DNA of 63,144 nucleotides, filler included, from Octopus bimaculoides (GCF_001194135.2; 6 parts of 6 records of this genome joined end to end with filler, not necessarily neighbours in it); one strand, 5' to 3'; positions 1 to 11,916 are shown, counted from the first letter of the whole stretch. Notes: generated by a model not told the origin, from the sequence alone. Program-made: numbers and translations.

Positions 1-59
<59 letters not shown>

Positions 60-577
60 CACACACATATCCATTCATGCACGCACGTATATATACATAT
101 ATAAGCACAAACACATACACACACGTACACACACACACATACACATAAACGCGTACATATATGTATACGAACGAGTGTGCACAGGAATTTTCTAAAATGC
201 AGGCATAGTCCTAAAATATATATATATCCATTCATGCACACACATAAACACATATACATACATACATAATGTATACGGACGAGTGTGCGCACGAGTGAAT
301 GCAAGCCTAACCGTGTAAGTTTTGTTTATACACGCCGTGTATATACAGAACTTAAATACGTTTGTAAATAATAAGGGTATTAGCAAAGTTAATAATTAAT
401 TAGTCAATTAGAGTTATTTATTTTCTTTACTAATACCAAACTGATTAATTTAGAATTAAGCGGAGAAATATAAAGGATGTTATTAACATTTGGTGCCCCC
501 TGGGTGCTTACAATGCCTTATAGTTATATATATATGTGTGTGTGTGTGTGTGAGTGTGTGCGCGCGCGCGCGCGTGT

Positions 578-674
<97 letters not shown>

Positions 675-812
675 GGGAAAATCTGGGTTTATATGTATGA
701 TGTATGGTGTATTTATGGTGTGTATATGCTATCTTTGCATGAGATGGATGTGTACGAAGTGCGTATATATACATGTATATATATATATATATACATATAT
801 ATGTGTGTGTGT

Positions 813-848
<36 letters not shown>

Positions 849-900
849 ATATATATGTGTGTGTATAGTGCATACATATTTAATTATGTATATACATATA
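1..900. repeat. Microsatellite-rich stretch, (AT)n/(AC)n/(GT)n
   Basis: Long pure AT and GT/AC dinucleotide runs; the YIYI/CVCV ORFs here are translation artefacts. Confidence 0.95.
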
Positions 901-904
901 CATG

Positions 905-2085
905 ACTGTGCAAGGTTTGTGTCTGTGTGTGCGTATCCTGTTTATATTCTTGTAGAAGGGACGCGTTCCTATGGTAAGGCGGTTGGTCTGCTGCCAACCC
1001 TATCTGTGTGGCGGCTTAGGCATGCCCCGTGGCTTTTGATGTGCAGGCACGCATTCAGGTTGCGCCACCTGCAACGATTTCTAGAAGATAAATGTGTGTG
1101 GGTTCCGTTTGTGAGACACGCCTTTCCGCAGCTCGTCTCCATGACGGAGCTGCAGTCTTGCGTAAAGGATAGGCCAAGACTGGACGCCTGGCACTTAGAA
1201 TGTTTTCAGACGCTCAATGTCCTCTACAAGTCGGGAAATAGGATCGGTGGATGTTCCACTTTAGCTATATACAGAGGATTAGGAGCGGGAAAGTGCGACG
1301 ACGTCCTAGGAGGGGACCCTAGGTGTCGACGAGACGAACTGGCTAGTCTATTCCGGAGGACTTTCCAGTTAGGGACTATTATGGATAATTTCCAGATGTC
1401 TTTGGCCCTGGCAGTGCTACCAGGGGGCGCTACCGGTTCGTGATAAACAGTACAGGCACGGATGTGCTGTCAGACGGGTGTCCGAGGTGCTCGCAGAGCG
1501 ACGAAACCGTTCTGCATGCACTTGTTCAATGTCCGGGCATTGCTGACTTGTAGAGTTATGTCAAACAGCTGCTGTCGCAAGTGGGACGGATCCGTCTGTC
1601 ATCCGTGTCCATAATAATGATTGCCCCGCCGCCCTCCTTTAATCGGGCATGCAAGGCAGCTTTCTTTTGTCTGGTGGTTGTAGCGAAAGAGGTTGTCTGG
1701 TGAACGAGGCTGAAAGGAATGAGGACAAAATCATTCCTCTTTGGTAAAGCCCTCATCGACATTTTTCAAGTTTAACTTGAAAAGGAAATTGAGAGTGGAG
1801 AGAGAAGTGCTGTCCTCAAGTGAATTTATGCAAAGGTGGGTGAAAGTTGCGAAAATGGCAAGAGTGGATGGTACCACTCACAGTGTAGACCTGTGAGTCG
1901 GAAGAAAGGGGTTGGAGAGGGCTCTCGTGCTTGGTATTCAGGGTGGTCCTTCGATAGTGGGGTTCCTCGGTTATCCCTAGAGGTCCACCACCTATATCAT
2001 GCCATAATAAGTAAACCCCGACACTTTATGTCTGTCTTTGTATTGTACCCCCTCATCTTTCGCGTTGGTGGCAAATAAAAGAAAT
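905..2085 (+). mobile_element. 5'-truncated L1/Tx1-clade LINE, ORF2 C-terminus plus 3'UTR, decayed
   Basis: Translates with frameshifts/stops to WQCYQGALPVRDKQYRHG..CPRCSQSDETVLHALVQC (zinc-knuckle starting at 1479), typical of the L1/Tx1 ORF2 C-terminus; AATAAA at 2074-2079 followed by a (CAT)n/(TAT)n tail. Confidence 0.8.
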
Positions 2086-2140
2086 CATCATCATCATCAT
2101 CATTATTATTATTATTATTATCATTATTATTATTACTACT

Positions 2141-2530
2141 ACCTCTGCCTTCGCTGTTGTTTTCAGTCGTGTTTGTTTGTGTGTTTGTGTGTGTGTGTGT
2201 TTGTTTGTCCGTGGACAAGATATCCCAAGAACCGCTGAATGGATTCGGATGAAACTTTCAGGGATGTTTGACCTCGCGACTGGCACGAACTGATTAGATT
2301 TTAGGATTGATGCGGTATACCGGACAAGGATTCTGGATTAGTTTTCCTGCTTATTATTATTATTTTTACTTAATTTTCGAGAGCGGTCAGGTTCATTTTC
2401 AGTATTCTCGTTTGTGAGAGCAGTCGAGTTTATTTCAGATATTCTCATTTTAAAAATTATCTCAGGCTAATCGTCGAGAGGACGTTGGTGTTGCCTTGGC
2501 AGAGGTTTGCGCTATTTTGAGTGCTCTTGT
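2141..2530 (+). mobile_element. Non-autonomous Helentron-type element (HINE/DINE-1-like)
   Basis: Subterminal inverted repeat acctctgcc (2141-2149) / ggcagaggt (2498-2506), internal GTTT/GT microsatellite, short 3' hairpin gcgct..agtgc (2509-2524), T-rich flanks. Confidence 0.6.
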
Positions 2531-2535
2531 TGTTG

Positions 2536-2600
<65 letters not shown>

Positions 2601-2955
2601 ATAGAAAGGATTGAGGTAACTCCTCCTGAAGATATAGAGTCAAAATTAAAAGAAGAGTGCCATGGCACTCTTCTTTTAATTTTGACTCTATATCTTNNNN
2701 NNNNNNNNNNNNNNNNNNNNNNNNNNNNNNNNNNNNNNNNNNNNNNNNNNNNNNNNNNNNNNNNNNNNNNNNNNNNNNNNNNNNNNNNNNNNNNNNNNNN
2801 NNNNNNNNNNNNNNNNNNNNNNNNNNNNNNNNNNNNNNNNNNNNNNNNNNNNNNNNNNNNNNNNNNNNNNNNNNNNNNNNNNNNNNNNNNNNNNNNNNNN
2901 NNNNNNNNNNNNNNNNNNNNNNNNNNAAATGAAGTAGATTGACAAATTTATTTTT

Positions 2956-2996
2956 TGAACCAGTTGAAGACACACGAGATGTCGAAATATCGTTCA
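2956..2996 (+). ncRNA. Minimal type-I hammerhead-ribozyme-like motif, variant core (copy 1)
   Basis: tgaac-cagttga-a-gaca-cacgaga-tgtc-gaa-atat-c-gttca: 5-bp stem I, 4-bp stem II, palindromic loopless stem III; core CAGUUGA differs from canonical CUGANGA at two positions. Confidence 0.5.
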
Positions 2997-3107
2997 CCAG
3001 ATAACAAATGGCACTCTTCTTTTAATTTTGACTCTATATCTTCAGGAGGAGTTACCTCAATCCTTTCTATATTAACCAAAATGAAGTAGATTGACAAATT
3101 TATTTTT

Positions 3108-3148
3108 TGAACCAGTTGAAGACACACGAGATGTCGAAATATCGTTCA
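3108..3148 (+). ncRNA. Minimal type-I hammerhead-ribozyme-like motif, variant core (copy 2)
   Basis: Identical to the motif at 2956-2996, one repeat unit downstream. Confidence 0.5.
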
Positions 3149-3149
3149 C

Positions 3150-3221
<72 letters not shown>

Positions 3222-3725
3222 ATTAAAACAATTGTGTTACCGAAGACTGGGATTTTAGAGTCAATTGTTCTATACTGATGCCAATAACATCTCTTAACTC
3301 TGCTGGCCCTTCTTATAACCACGTTCACCAAAACAAAATAAGATTTATGACGGATTACTGGATTACCAGATTACCGAGAAAACTTAGCAACTGTGAGGTG
3401 TAGACCAAATCTGGAAACCAATAGTTATGAAGTTTCAAGTACTATTATGAGTTTTCTCTGAATTAATGATAAATGAAATTCCGGACAGACTTGGTGCACA
3501 GACTCAAACACACACGCGCGCGCACAGTCACACGTCCACCAACAACATTCTGTTATACACATATAGGCACACACATGTAAATGAATGAGTGTGAGTGTGT
3601 GCGAGCGCATGCTTGTGCATTTGCGTATGTGTGTCTATTAATTTTGTTTGTATGTATGTGTATGTATGCGTGCATGTATAAATGTGCACACGCACACATG
3701 TGTGCATGTATATGTATATATAAAC

Positions 3726-3826
<101 letters not shown>

Positions 3827-4747
3827 NNNNNNNNNNNNNNNNNNNNNNNNNNNNNNNNNNNNNNNNNNNNNNNNNNNNNNNNNNNNNNNNNNNNNNNNNN
3901 NNNNNNNNNNNNNNNNNNNNNNNNNNNNNNNNNNNNNNNNNNNNNNNNNNNNNNNNNNNNNNNNNNNNNNNNNNNNNNNNNNNNNNNNNNNNNNNNNNNN
4001 NNNNNNNNNNNNNNNNNNNNNNNNNNNNNNNNNNNNNNNNNNNNNNNNNNNNNNNNNNNNNNNNNNNNNNNNNNNNNNNNNNNNNNNNNNNNNNNNNNNN
4101 NNNNNNNNNNNNNNNNNNNNNNNNNNNNNNNNNNNNNNNNNNNNNNNNNNNNNNNNNNNNNNNNNNNNNNNNNNNNNNNNNNNNNNNNNNNNNNNNNNNN
4201 NNNNNNNNNNNNNNNNNNNNNNNNNNNNNNNNNNNNNNNNNNNNNNNNNNNNNNNNNNNNNNNNNNNNNNNNNNNNNNNNNNNNNNNNNNNNNNNNNNNN
4301 NNNNNNNNNNNNNNNNNNNNNNNNNNNNNNNNNNNNNNNNNNNNNNNNNNNNNNNNNNNNNNNNNNNNNNNNNNNNNNNNNNNNNNNNNNNNNNNNNNNN
4401 NNNNNNNNNNNNNNNNNNNNNNNNNNNNNNNNNNNNNNNNNNNNNNNNNNNNNNNNNNNNNNNNNNNNNNNNNNNNNNNNNNNNNNNNNNNNNNNNNNNN
4501 NNNNNNNNNNNNNNNNNNNNNNNNNNNNNNNNNNNNNNNNNNNNNNNNNNNNNNNNNNNNNNNNNNNNNNNNNNNNNNNNNNNNNNNNNNNNNNNNNNNN
4601 NNNNNNNNNNNNNNNNNNNNNNNNNNNNNNNNNNNNNNNNNNNNNNNNNNNNNNNNNNNNNNNNNNNNNNNNNNNNNNNNNNNNNNNNNNNNNNNNNNNN
4701 NNNNNNNNNNNNNNNNNNNNNNNNNNNNNNNNNNNNNNTGAACTCAC

Positions 4748-4950
4748 CAAATCTAAGTAGGACATACAGACAGACATTACGTTGTCTATAGAATACGTTC
4801 TGGCTTCTTCTTTTTCTGTTAATGATGCCACACCAAAACAACAAAAACGGCGGAGGTCAAACAGATCGCTGTTTGTCTCAACAATTTTTAATTTTCCGCT
4901 ACTAACACACAAACTATCGTCTGCTTTTATAGAATTACTGCGCCATATTT
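4748..4950 (-). other. Putative first exon of an unidentified minus-strand gene
   Basis: Unique CpG-containing sequence; YY1-like AAATATGGCG at 4950-4941; strong donor TTG|GTGAGT (GT at 4747-4746); possible start MSVCMSYLDL from 4777. No homology recognised. Confidence 0.35.
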
Positions 4951-5202
4951 GTAACGGTGTTTGTTTTTAATTTTTTGCTATGTTACTTGTTTGTGTGTGC
5001 GTATGTATGTGGATATATGTATGGCTATATATATATATGTGTGTGTGTGTGTGTCTGTGTGTGTGTGTTTGTGTTTGTATTGTGTGTTGCTTGTTGTTTT
5101 GATCTTACTTTCTGTGACTTAATATAGGATGTAGTAACGCTTAAGGACATTTTAGTGTTTAGTTACTTTGCTTTCTCTCTGTCTGTCTGTCTGTCTGCCT
5201 GC

Positions 5203-5258
<56 letters not shown>

Positions 5259-5303
5259 TTCTCTCTTTCCGCTTCTCTCCCCCTATCTCCATCTCTGTCT
5301 CCC

Positions 5304-5336
<33 letters not shown>

Positions 5337-6149
5337 GTTTATATATATNNNNNNNNNNNNNNNNNNNNNNNNNNNNNNNNNNNNNNNNNNNNNNNNNNNN
5401 NNNNNNNNNNNNNNNNNNNNNNNNNNNNNNNNNNNNNNNNNNNNNNNNNNNNNNNNNNNNNNNNNNNNNNNNNNNNNNNNNNNNNNNNNNNNNNNNNNNN
5501 NNNNNNNNNNNNNNNNNNNNNNNNNNNNNNNNNNNNNNNNNNNNNNNNNNNNNNNNNNNNNNNNNNNNNNNNNNNNNNNNNNNNNNNNNNNNNNNNNNNN
5601 NNNNNNNNNNNNNNNNNNNNNNNNNNNNNNNNNNNNNNNNNNNNNNNNNNNNNNNNNNNNNNNNNNNNNNNNNNNNNNNNNNNNNNNNNNNNNNNNNNNN
5701 NNNNNNNNNNNNNNNNNNNNNNNNNNNNNNNNNNNNNNNNNNNNNNNNNNNNNNNNNNNNNNNNNNNNNNNNNNNNNNNNNNNNNNNNNNNNNNNNNNNN
5801 NNNNNNNNNNNNNNNNNNNNNNNNNNNNNNNNNNNNNNNNNNNNNNNNNNNNNNNNNNNNNNNNNNNNNNNNNNNNNNNNNNNNNNNNNNNNNNNNNNNN
5901 NNNNNNNNNNNNNNNNNNNNNNNNNNNNNNNNNNNNNNNNNTATATATAAAGAGAGAGAGAGAGAGAGATTCAAAATTGAATGTAGTACTTATGTTTAGT
6001 CACCAGAATATAGTATGGTATTATCCAAAAACAATTCCAAGATGATCAAAAATCAAAAAAAAAAAAAAAGCAACACGGATTTTAAAGATTATTGTCAGTG
6101 CATATAGTTGTGTCTCTACAAATTACATTACACCTCTGGAATATCGACC

Positions 6150-6345
6150 TCTCCCACACAGCCCACTAAAACCATGGCACAAAGAGAGGGTGAGAGAAAA
6201 AAGTTCCAGTGATGGAATGAATCTGTAGTCTTCGAATTAGCTTTCTCCGTTCTGGTTTTGTGAAGCCTAATTTCTCAAGATTGGTACTTAGGCAGTGTGT
6301 TACATATTCCAAGACCCCAATAATTACAGGTATATACCTGAACTT
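6150..6345 (-). mobile_element. Restriction-endonuclease-like (R4/Dong/NeSL-type) LINE 3' fragment
   Basis: Translation IPVIIGVLEYVTHCLSTNLEKLGFTKPERRKLIRRLQIHSITGT resembles the P-I-I-V-G-A-L-G...Q-x-x-x-x-x-G-T C-terminus of REL LINEs. Confidence 0.5.
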
Positions 6346-6369
6346 GTGTATGTGTGTATATAAAATATG

Positions 6370-6607
6370 CAATAATCCCTCGTCTATCGCGGGTGTTTCG
6401 TTCCAAACCCCACCGCGATATGTGAAAATCCGCGAAGTAGAAACAACTTTGTACCGTATATATTTTCATAATTATTTTTATAATTTGTTTATATTTATTT
6501 TATTATAAATGCAAAACAACATCACAGAGGAATCGACGTAAGAATAAATAATAAACCGTGATATGTGAACCGCGATATGTGAACCGCGATACGGCGAGGG
6601 ATTATTG
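6370..6607. mobile_element. Tigger/pogo-like MITE
   Basis: Terminal inverted repeats caataatccctcg / cgagggattattg with subterminal accgcgata repeats. Confidence 0.75.
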
Positions 6608-7656
6608 TTGAGCACACATATCTGCATAGAAGTATATTTGTATATCCATATACAAACGTGCATATTATATATGTATATGTGCGTGCGCGTGCGAGTGTAT
6701 ATATTTATGTACATGTGCATGTATAAGTGTGGGTGTATGTGTATGTATGTGTGTGTGTGTGTGTGCGTGCGTGTGCGTGTGACTATGAGGGTGTGTGTGT
6801 GAATGTATGCTTGTATCTGCAAGTGATACATGTTTCAAAATTTTAAATTAAATACCCACATATTATCAAACTTCAACCTAAATATACAACCGGCTTATGT
6901 ATTCTCACGATAATAAAAGTGGTTGCTTAAGAATTTCCTGTCTATCAACAGACTCGTATTTGTCTCTGAGCAGTTCGGAGCATTCATACAGGGAGGGGAG
7001 GATGGGATGTTTGGGAGTAGATGGTGGAAGAGAAAGGGACATTTAGAATATCTTGATAAGATTTTAGACAGACATATCATTTCATCGCTTTATACTGTAT
7101 ATTTAACAGATTGTCACATACAATGCACACAAACAGACAGACATACTCATATAGTTATATATGNNNNNNNNNNNNNNNNNNNNNNNNNNNNNNNNNNNNN
7201 NNNNNNNNNNNNNNNNNNNNNNNNNNNNNNNNNNNNNNNNNNNNNNNNNNNNNNNNNNNNNNNNNNNNNNNNNNNNNNNNNNNNNNNNNNNNNNNNNNNN
7301 NNNNNNNNNNNNNNNNNNNNNNNNNNNNNNNNNNNNNNNNNNNNNNNNNNNNNNNNNNNNNNNNNNNNNNNNNNNNNNNNNNNNNNNNNNNNNNNNNNNN
7401 NNNNNNNNNNNNNNNNNNNNNNNNNNNNNNNNNNNNNNNNNNNNNNNNNNNNNNNNNNNNNNNNNNNNNNNNNNNNNNNNNNNNNNNNNNNNNNNNNNNN
7501 NNNNNNNNNNNNNNNNNNNNNNNNNNNNNNNNNNNNNNNNNNNNNNNNNNNNNNNNNNNNNNNNNNNNNNNNNNNNNNNNNNNNNNNNNNNNNNNNNNNN
7601 NNNNNNNNNNNNNNNNNNNNNNNNNNNNNNNNNNNNNNNNNGTGGGTGCGTAGTGA

Positions 7657-7780
7657 GAAGGTGCTGGCGTGGTTGTGTGGTAACAAGTTAGCTCCTCAAC
7701 CACATGGTTCTATGTTCAGTCCTGCCGTGTGGCAACTTGGGCAAGTCTTATCTACTAAAGCCCCGGACTGACCAAAGCCT
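7657..7780 (+). mobile_element. 5' part of a tRNA-derived CORE-type SINE
   Basis: tRNA-like head followed by the ggcaacttgggcaagtc CORE-like segment; same family as 48685-49095. Confidence 0.65.
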
Positions 7781-8078
7781 TCTGAGACAGGCTTTGAGAC
7801 TGTGGGAGTGTGATTTAATTCGAATTATTCAATTAATGAATTCTATCTACAAAAATATAATTAAAACCTGAAATGAATGCTAACAGTGTCATAAAGATAT
7901 TTTGTTAGTAAAATATCATCGTGAAATATGTTTGTTTTACTCAAGCGAAGATACTGAACAAATAACTACTCAAAATAATTTAATATTTCGCGGATATACA
8001 ATGAATTATTAATTATTTTACGAGCATACACTTTTTATTTAATAATTTTTTCTGTAGGCAATATTGACAAATTCAAAA

Positions 8079-8481
8079 GGCGGCGAGCTGGCAGAAACGT
8101 TAGCACGTCGGGCGAAATGCTTAGCGGTATTTCGTCTGTCTTTACGTTCTGAGTTCAAATTCCGCCGAGGTCGACTTTGCCTTTCATCCTTTCGAGGTCG
8201 ATAAATTAAGTACCAGTTACACACTGAGGTCGATGTAATCGACTTAATCCGTTTGTCTGTCCTTGTTTGTCCCCTCTGTGTGTAGCCCCTTGTGAGCTAT
8301 AAAGAAATAAGAAACGTTAGCACGCCGGGCGAAATGCTTAATGGTATTTCGTCTGTCTTTATGTTTTTAGTTCAAATTCTGCCGCGGTCGACTTTGCCTT
8401 TCATCCTTTCGGGGTCGATCTAATCGACTGCCACCCCCTCCCTCAAAATTTCGGGCCTTGTGCCGAGAGTAGAAAAGAATA
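8079..8481 (+). mobile_element. Dimeric tRNA-derived SINE (ggcggcgagctggcagaa family) with 14-bp target-site duplication
   Basis: Two heads with gagttcaaattcc B-box in tandem; flanked by tgacaaattcaaaa at 8065-8078 and 8482-8495. Confidence 0.85.
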
Positions 8482-8599
8482 TGACAAATTCAAAACTGTT
8501 GTCGTCTATATAAGCGTATGTGTGTTCATCTGCATTATATACACCTTGTGTTTCCTTTTTGATGTTTTTGTAGATATATATATATTTATAGAAGTTAAA

Positions 8600-9642
8600 A
8601 TGTGTGACTTAACTAATTTCAATGAAGACAAATTGCTGGAGCGCGGATGGCTAGAACTTCAGTCATTAAAACTGCTGAATTATTTAGCGCTTCGAGAAGT
8701 AGAGTCTCTAAAATCATGTTGGCCTTTCAAAAATAATGTAAAACCAGCTCTTTGAAGCACAATTCTGGACGCAAAGCAAAGTTCGAAGAAAATAACCGCA
8801 GAATAGGAAAACATATTGTATCTAAAAATCGTGAAACTACGCACAATTCTGGACGAAAAGCAAAGTTCACAGGAAAGGACCGCAGAATAGGAAAACATTG
8901 TATCTAAAAATCGTGGAAGAACATCAGAAAAAAGTGATAGCAGAACTAAGCAATTACCTTGTCAGCCATGTTTCAACCAAAACCATTTGTCATAAGTTCA
9001 GTTTAGTTGGATATCATGAGAGGGCTGCAAAAGCTAAATCTATCCTGCACCCCAATAACATTGATAGGCAGAAAAACTGGTGCCTAAACTATGAGAAGTG
9101 GTTAATGCCTCGGTAGAACAATGTTATATTTTCTGATGAATCTTCATTCACCCTTTTCCCACATTAGAATGAATTTGTCTTTGAGTCTGATTATATGGCC
9201 CTTCCTAGTCTGAAGCTAGGAGATGAATCTGTGATGATTTGGGCAACCATATTACGGGATTTTCGTGGCCCTTTATTTGTTCTGCATGGCAGAATTAACG
9301 CCAAGGATTATCTGAGAAGTTTGGCTGATTCTGATTATGTCCATCCCCTGGTATAATCATTGTGCTCTGATAATAATGTAATCTTCTGAGACGGTTATGC
9401 GCCGATTCACATAATTAATTAGTACGAAAAGCACAGAAGTGATGTAGACTACTTAAACTAACAATTACTGGATCTCAATATAGTCAAATATTTTTGGTAC
9501 ATTTTAGAGCTGCAAGCGGTTTCCCCTCCACCATCGTCAGTGAAATAGCTATATCAAGTTTTACTTGAAGAATGACTCAAAATTTCATTAACAACTATTA
9601 AAAACTGTGATTAATGCCAAAGGTAGATCATCTCCATATTAA
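8600..9642 (+). pseudogene. Decayed Tc1-family transposase
   Basis: Frameshifted translation gives MCDLTNF..ARMARTSVIKTAELF..HNSGRK..IVSKNR..VSTKTI..NVIFSDESSFTLFP..SVMIWATI, i.e. Tc1 paired HTH and DDE-domain motifs with many stops. Confidence 0.85.
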
Positions 9643-9724
9643 GAAATAAAATTTCTATTCAACAAAGTACTTCTATTATTTTGTCTAAGCCCACTAAACG
9701 TATTACATATATATATATATATAT

Positions 9725-9786
<62 letters not shown>

Positions 9787-9982
9787 GAGTGTTTATGAAT
9801 ATATATAGGAGTTACTTCGTCGGCTTACCTCGTCTCCGTGTAGACATTTCAGGGGAACAATGCTCAGGGTTTGTTTGTTATTAACTTACCCAGGACAACT
9901 TTGGGATTAAAACTCACCATCGAAATCTAAACAACATTATAATTCATTTGAGAATATTTATCTTTTGTTATTCTTTAACTTG

Positions 9983-10295
9983 TTTTAACCGTTCCGTAAG
10001 ACACTTCAATCAAATCAGTCATATTTAATCCTTCTGTACAAAACATCAATTACATAAGTCTTTTTCAAGCTTTCCGTGCAGCACATTAGTCACGTGAGTC
10101 TTTCTCGAACTTTCCGTGCAGCGCATCGACCATTTTGTCTGTTTAAACGTTCCTTACAGTGCATCAGTCACATCAGTCGTTTTAACGGCTCCGCACAGTA
10201 CATCTATCATATCGGTCTTTTAAAACCGTTCTGTATACCACATCAATCCCATCAGTCTTTTTTTAATTGTTCCATACAGCACATCAATCAGATAT
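9983..10295. repeat. Diverged ~40-bp minisatellite, about 8 units
   Basis: Approximate consensus tttaaccgttccgtacagcacatcaatcacatcagtcttt; tttccgtgca recurs exactly 40 bp apart at 10071 and 10111. Confidence 0.75.
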
Positions 10296-11107
10296 TTCCA
10301 TCTATGCTAACCATATTCCTTGGCTTCTAACCCGTTTCTAGGACAAAAAGGTTATTTGAATGTCACAACACACATACAACAAAGCGAAGAGATGGAGATG
10401 GAGAGAGAAAGAGAAGAATCGATCTCAGAACTTTATTGGTATATTATTTACCTTCTGGGTTCAAATTCCACCGAGGATACTGTACCTATTATTCTTTCGG
10501 GGGTCAATAAAATAAAGTACTCCTTGAGCACTGGGGTCGCTATAATCGACTATCTCCCACCTCTCTTAAAATTGCTGATCCTATGCCAAATTTAAAAAAA
10601 AGACTAATTCTGGGGTTTGGAACGATGAAAGACAAAGATGATATCGGCGAGATTTGAACCCAGGACAATTCTGCGAGCTGTGTTGTTCCCCCAAACCTTC
10701 TAACGATTCTGCTAACCACTACCACCTTAGGTTTTGTTTATGGAAATATAAATAAAAATATAAATAAAAAGAAACCTGCAGCTATTATGTTTCGCAAATA
10801 AATGGTAAAGGAAGTAATTTCGTGTAAGTATAGTAAGTATGTTACGAGCTCTGAGAAACAACATCTTTAGTTAAAAAAAAAAAAAAACCTAAATATTTAA
10901 TTTAACTTTTGTCAAGTTGGTTCTTCTGAGAAAAGTCTGCGAGGATTGTTAACCGAAAATCTGCTGACTTTGGTAAAACGTAAAAGAGTGAGAAGTGAAT
11001 TTGGTAAGTTTGGAGTGAATTACATGACAAGATTTTGGAGACAGAGAGACAAAATAAATGGAATTGTGACGGTGGGTGGGTGTAATAGTGGGGTTATGTG
11101 GCTGTCT

Positions 11108-11138
<31 letters not shown>

Positions 11139-11456
11139 TCAGAAGCATATAAACACGCATAGATATCTGGACGCGTATTAAGAAACTTTGCACACACGAC
11201 CATATTACACTCCGAAGGTATTATGAAGTTCTGTGTATACACATACACACATGCAAGCGTACATGCGCACACATATATGAGAAAGTATCATAATACACAC
11301 AAAGTTACGACACATAAGCATACACAAACACAGACACAGACGTACACACAAACACACACATAAATTCATTCATACATACATTCATACATTCATACATACA
11401 TACATACACACATTCATTCATACATACCCCCAATTCCTCAGTTATATGCGTGTTTT

Positions 11457-11835
11457 CTTTTACTTGTGTCAGTCATTTGACTGCAGCCATACTGGAGCAC
11501 CACTTTTAGTCGAGCAAGTCGACCCCAGGACTTATTCTTTGGAAGCCTAGTACTTATTCTATCAGTCTCTCTTTTTGCCAAGCCGCTAAGTTACGGGGAC
11601 GGAAACACACCGGCATCGGTTGTCAAGCGATGTTGGGGGACAAACACAGACATACAAACATATACACACACATACATATATATACACATATATACGATGG
11701 GCTTCTTTCAGTTTCTGTCTACCAAATCCACTCACAAGGCTTTGGTCGACCCGAGGCTATAGAAGAAGATACTTGCCCAGGGTGCCACGCAGTGGGATTG
11801 AACCCGTAACCATGTGGTTGGTAAGCTAGCTACGT
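11457..11835 (-). mobile_element. tRNA-derived CORE-type SINE
   Basis: Reverse complement has a tRNA head, caccctgggcaagt CORE segment, internal AT/GT microsatellite and the ...cagtcaaatgactgacacaagtaaaag 3' end; many further copies in the window. Confidence 0.85.
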
Positions 11836-11882
11836 CCTTTGCCTTTTATTTGTTTCAGTCATTAGACTGCGGCCATACCGGG

Positions 11883-11916
<34 letters not shown>

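Larger units (their letters stand above)
2597..3149. repeat. 152-bp tandem repeat with an inverted partial unit, flanked by (TAT)n
   Basis: aaatgaagtag...cgttcac recurs at 2927 and 3079 (period 152); 2597-2662 is the reverse complement of the unit; perfect 68-bp palindrome 2629-2696; a gap interrupts the array. Confidence 0.9.

Noticed and set aside
477-905. Long ORFs rich in YI/CV/HT/poly-I/poly-L/X, here and throughout the window
   Set aside because: Translations of microsatellites or N gaps; no coding evidence.
2629-2696. Perfect 68-bp palindrome considered as a miRNA or terminator hairpin
   Set aside because: No loop, abuts a gap, and is explained as the inversion junction of the 152-bp repeat; could also be a chimeric-read artefact.
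8079-8170. tRNA-like heads with A/B boxes (many copies)
   Set aside because: No complete cloverleaf, and they continue into SINE bodies with TSDs, so they are not tRNA genes.
9983-10295. Possible CRISPR-like array
   Set aside because: Units are contiguous with no unique spacers, no cas genes, eukaryotic context.
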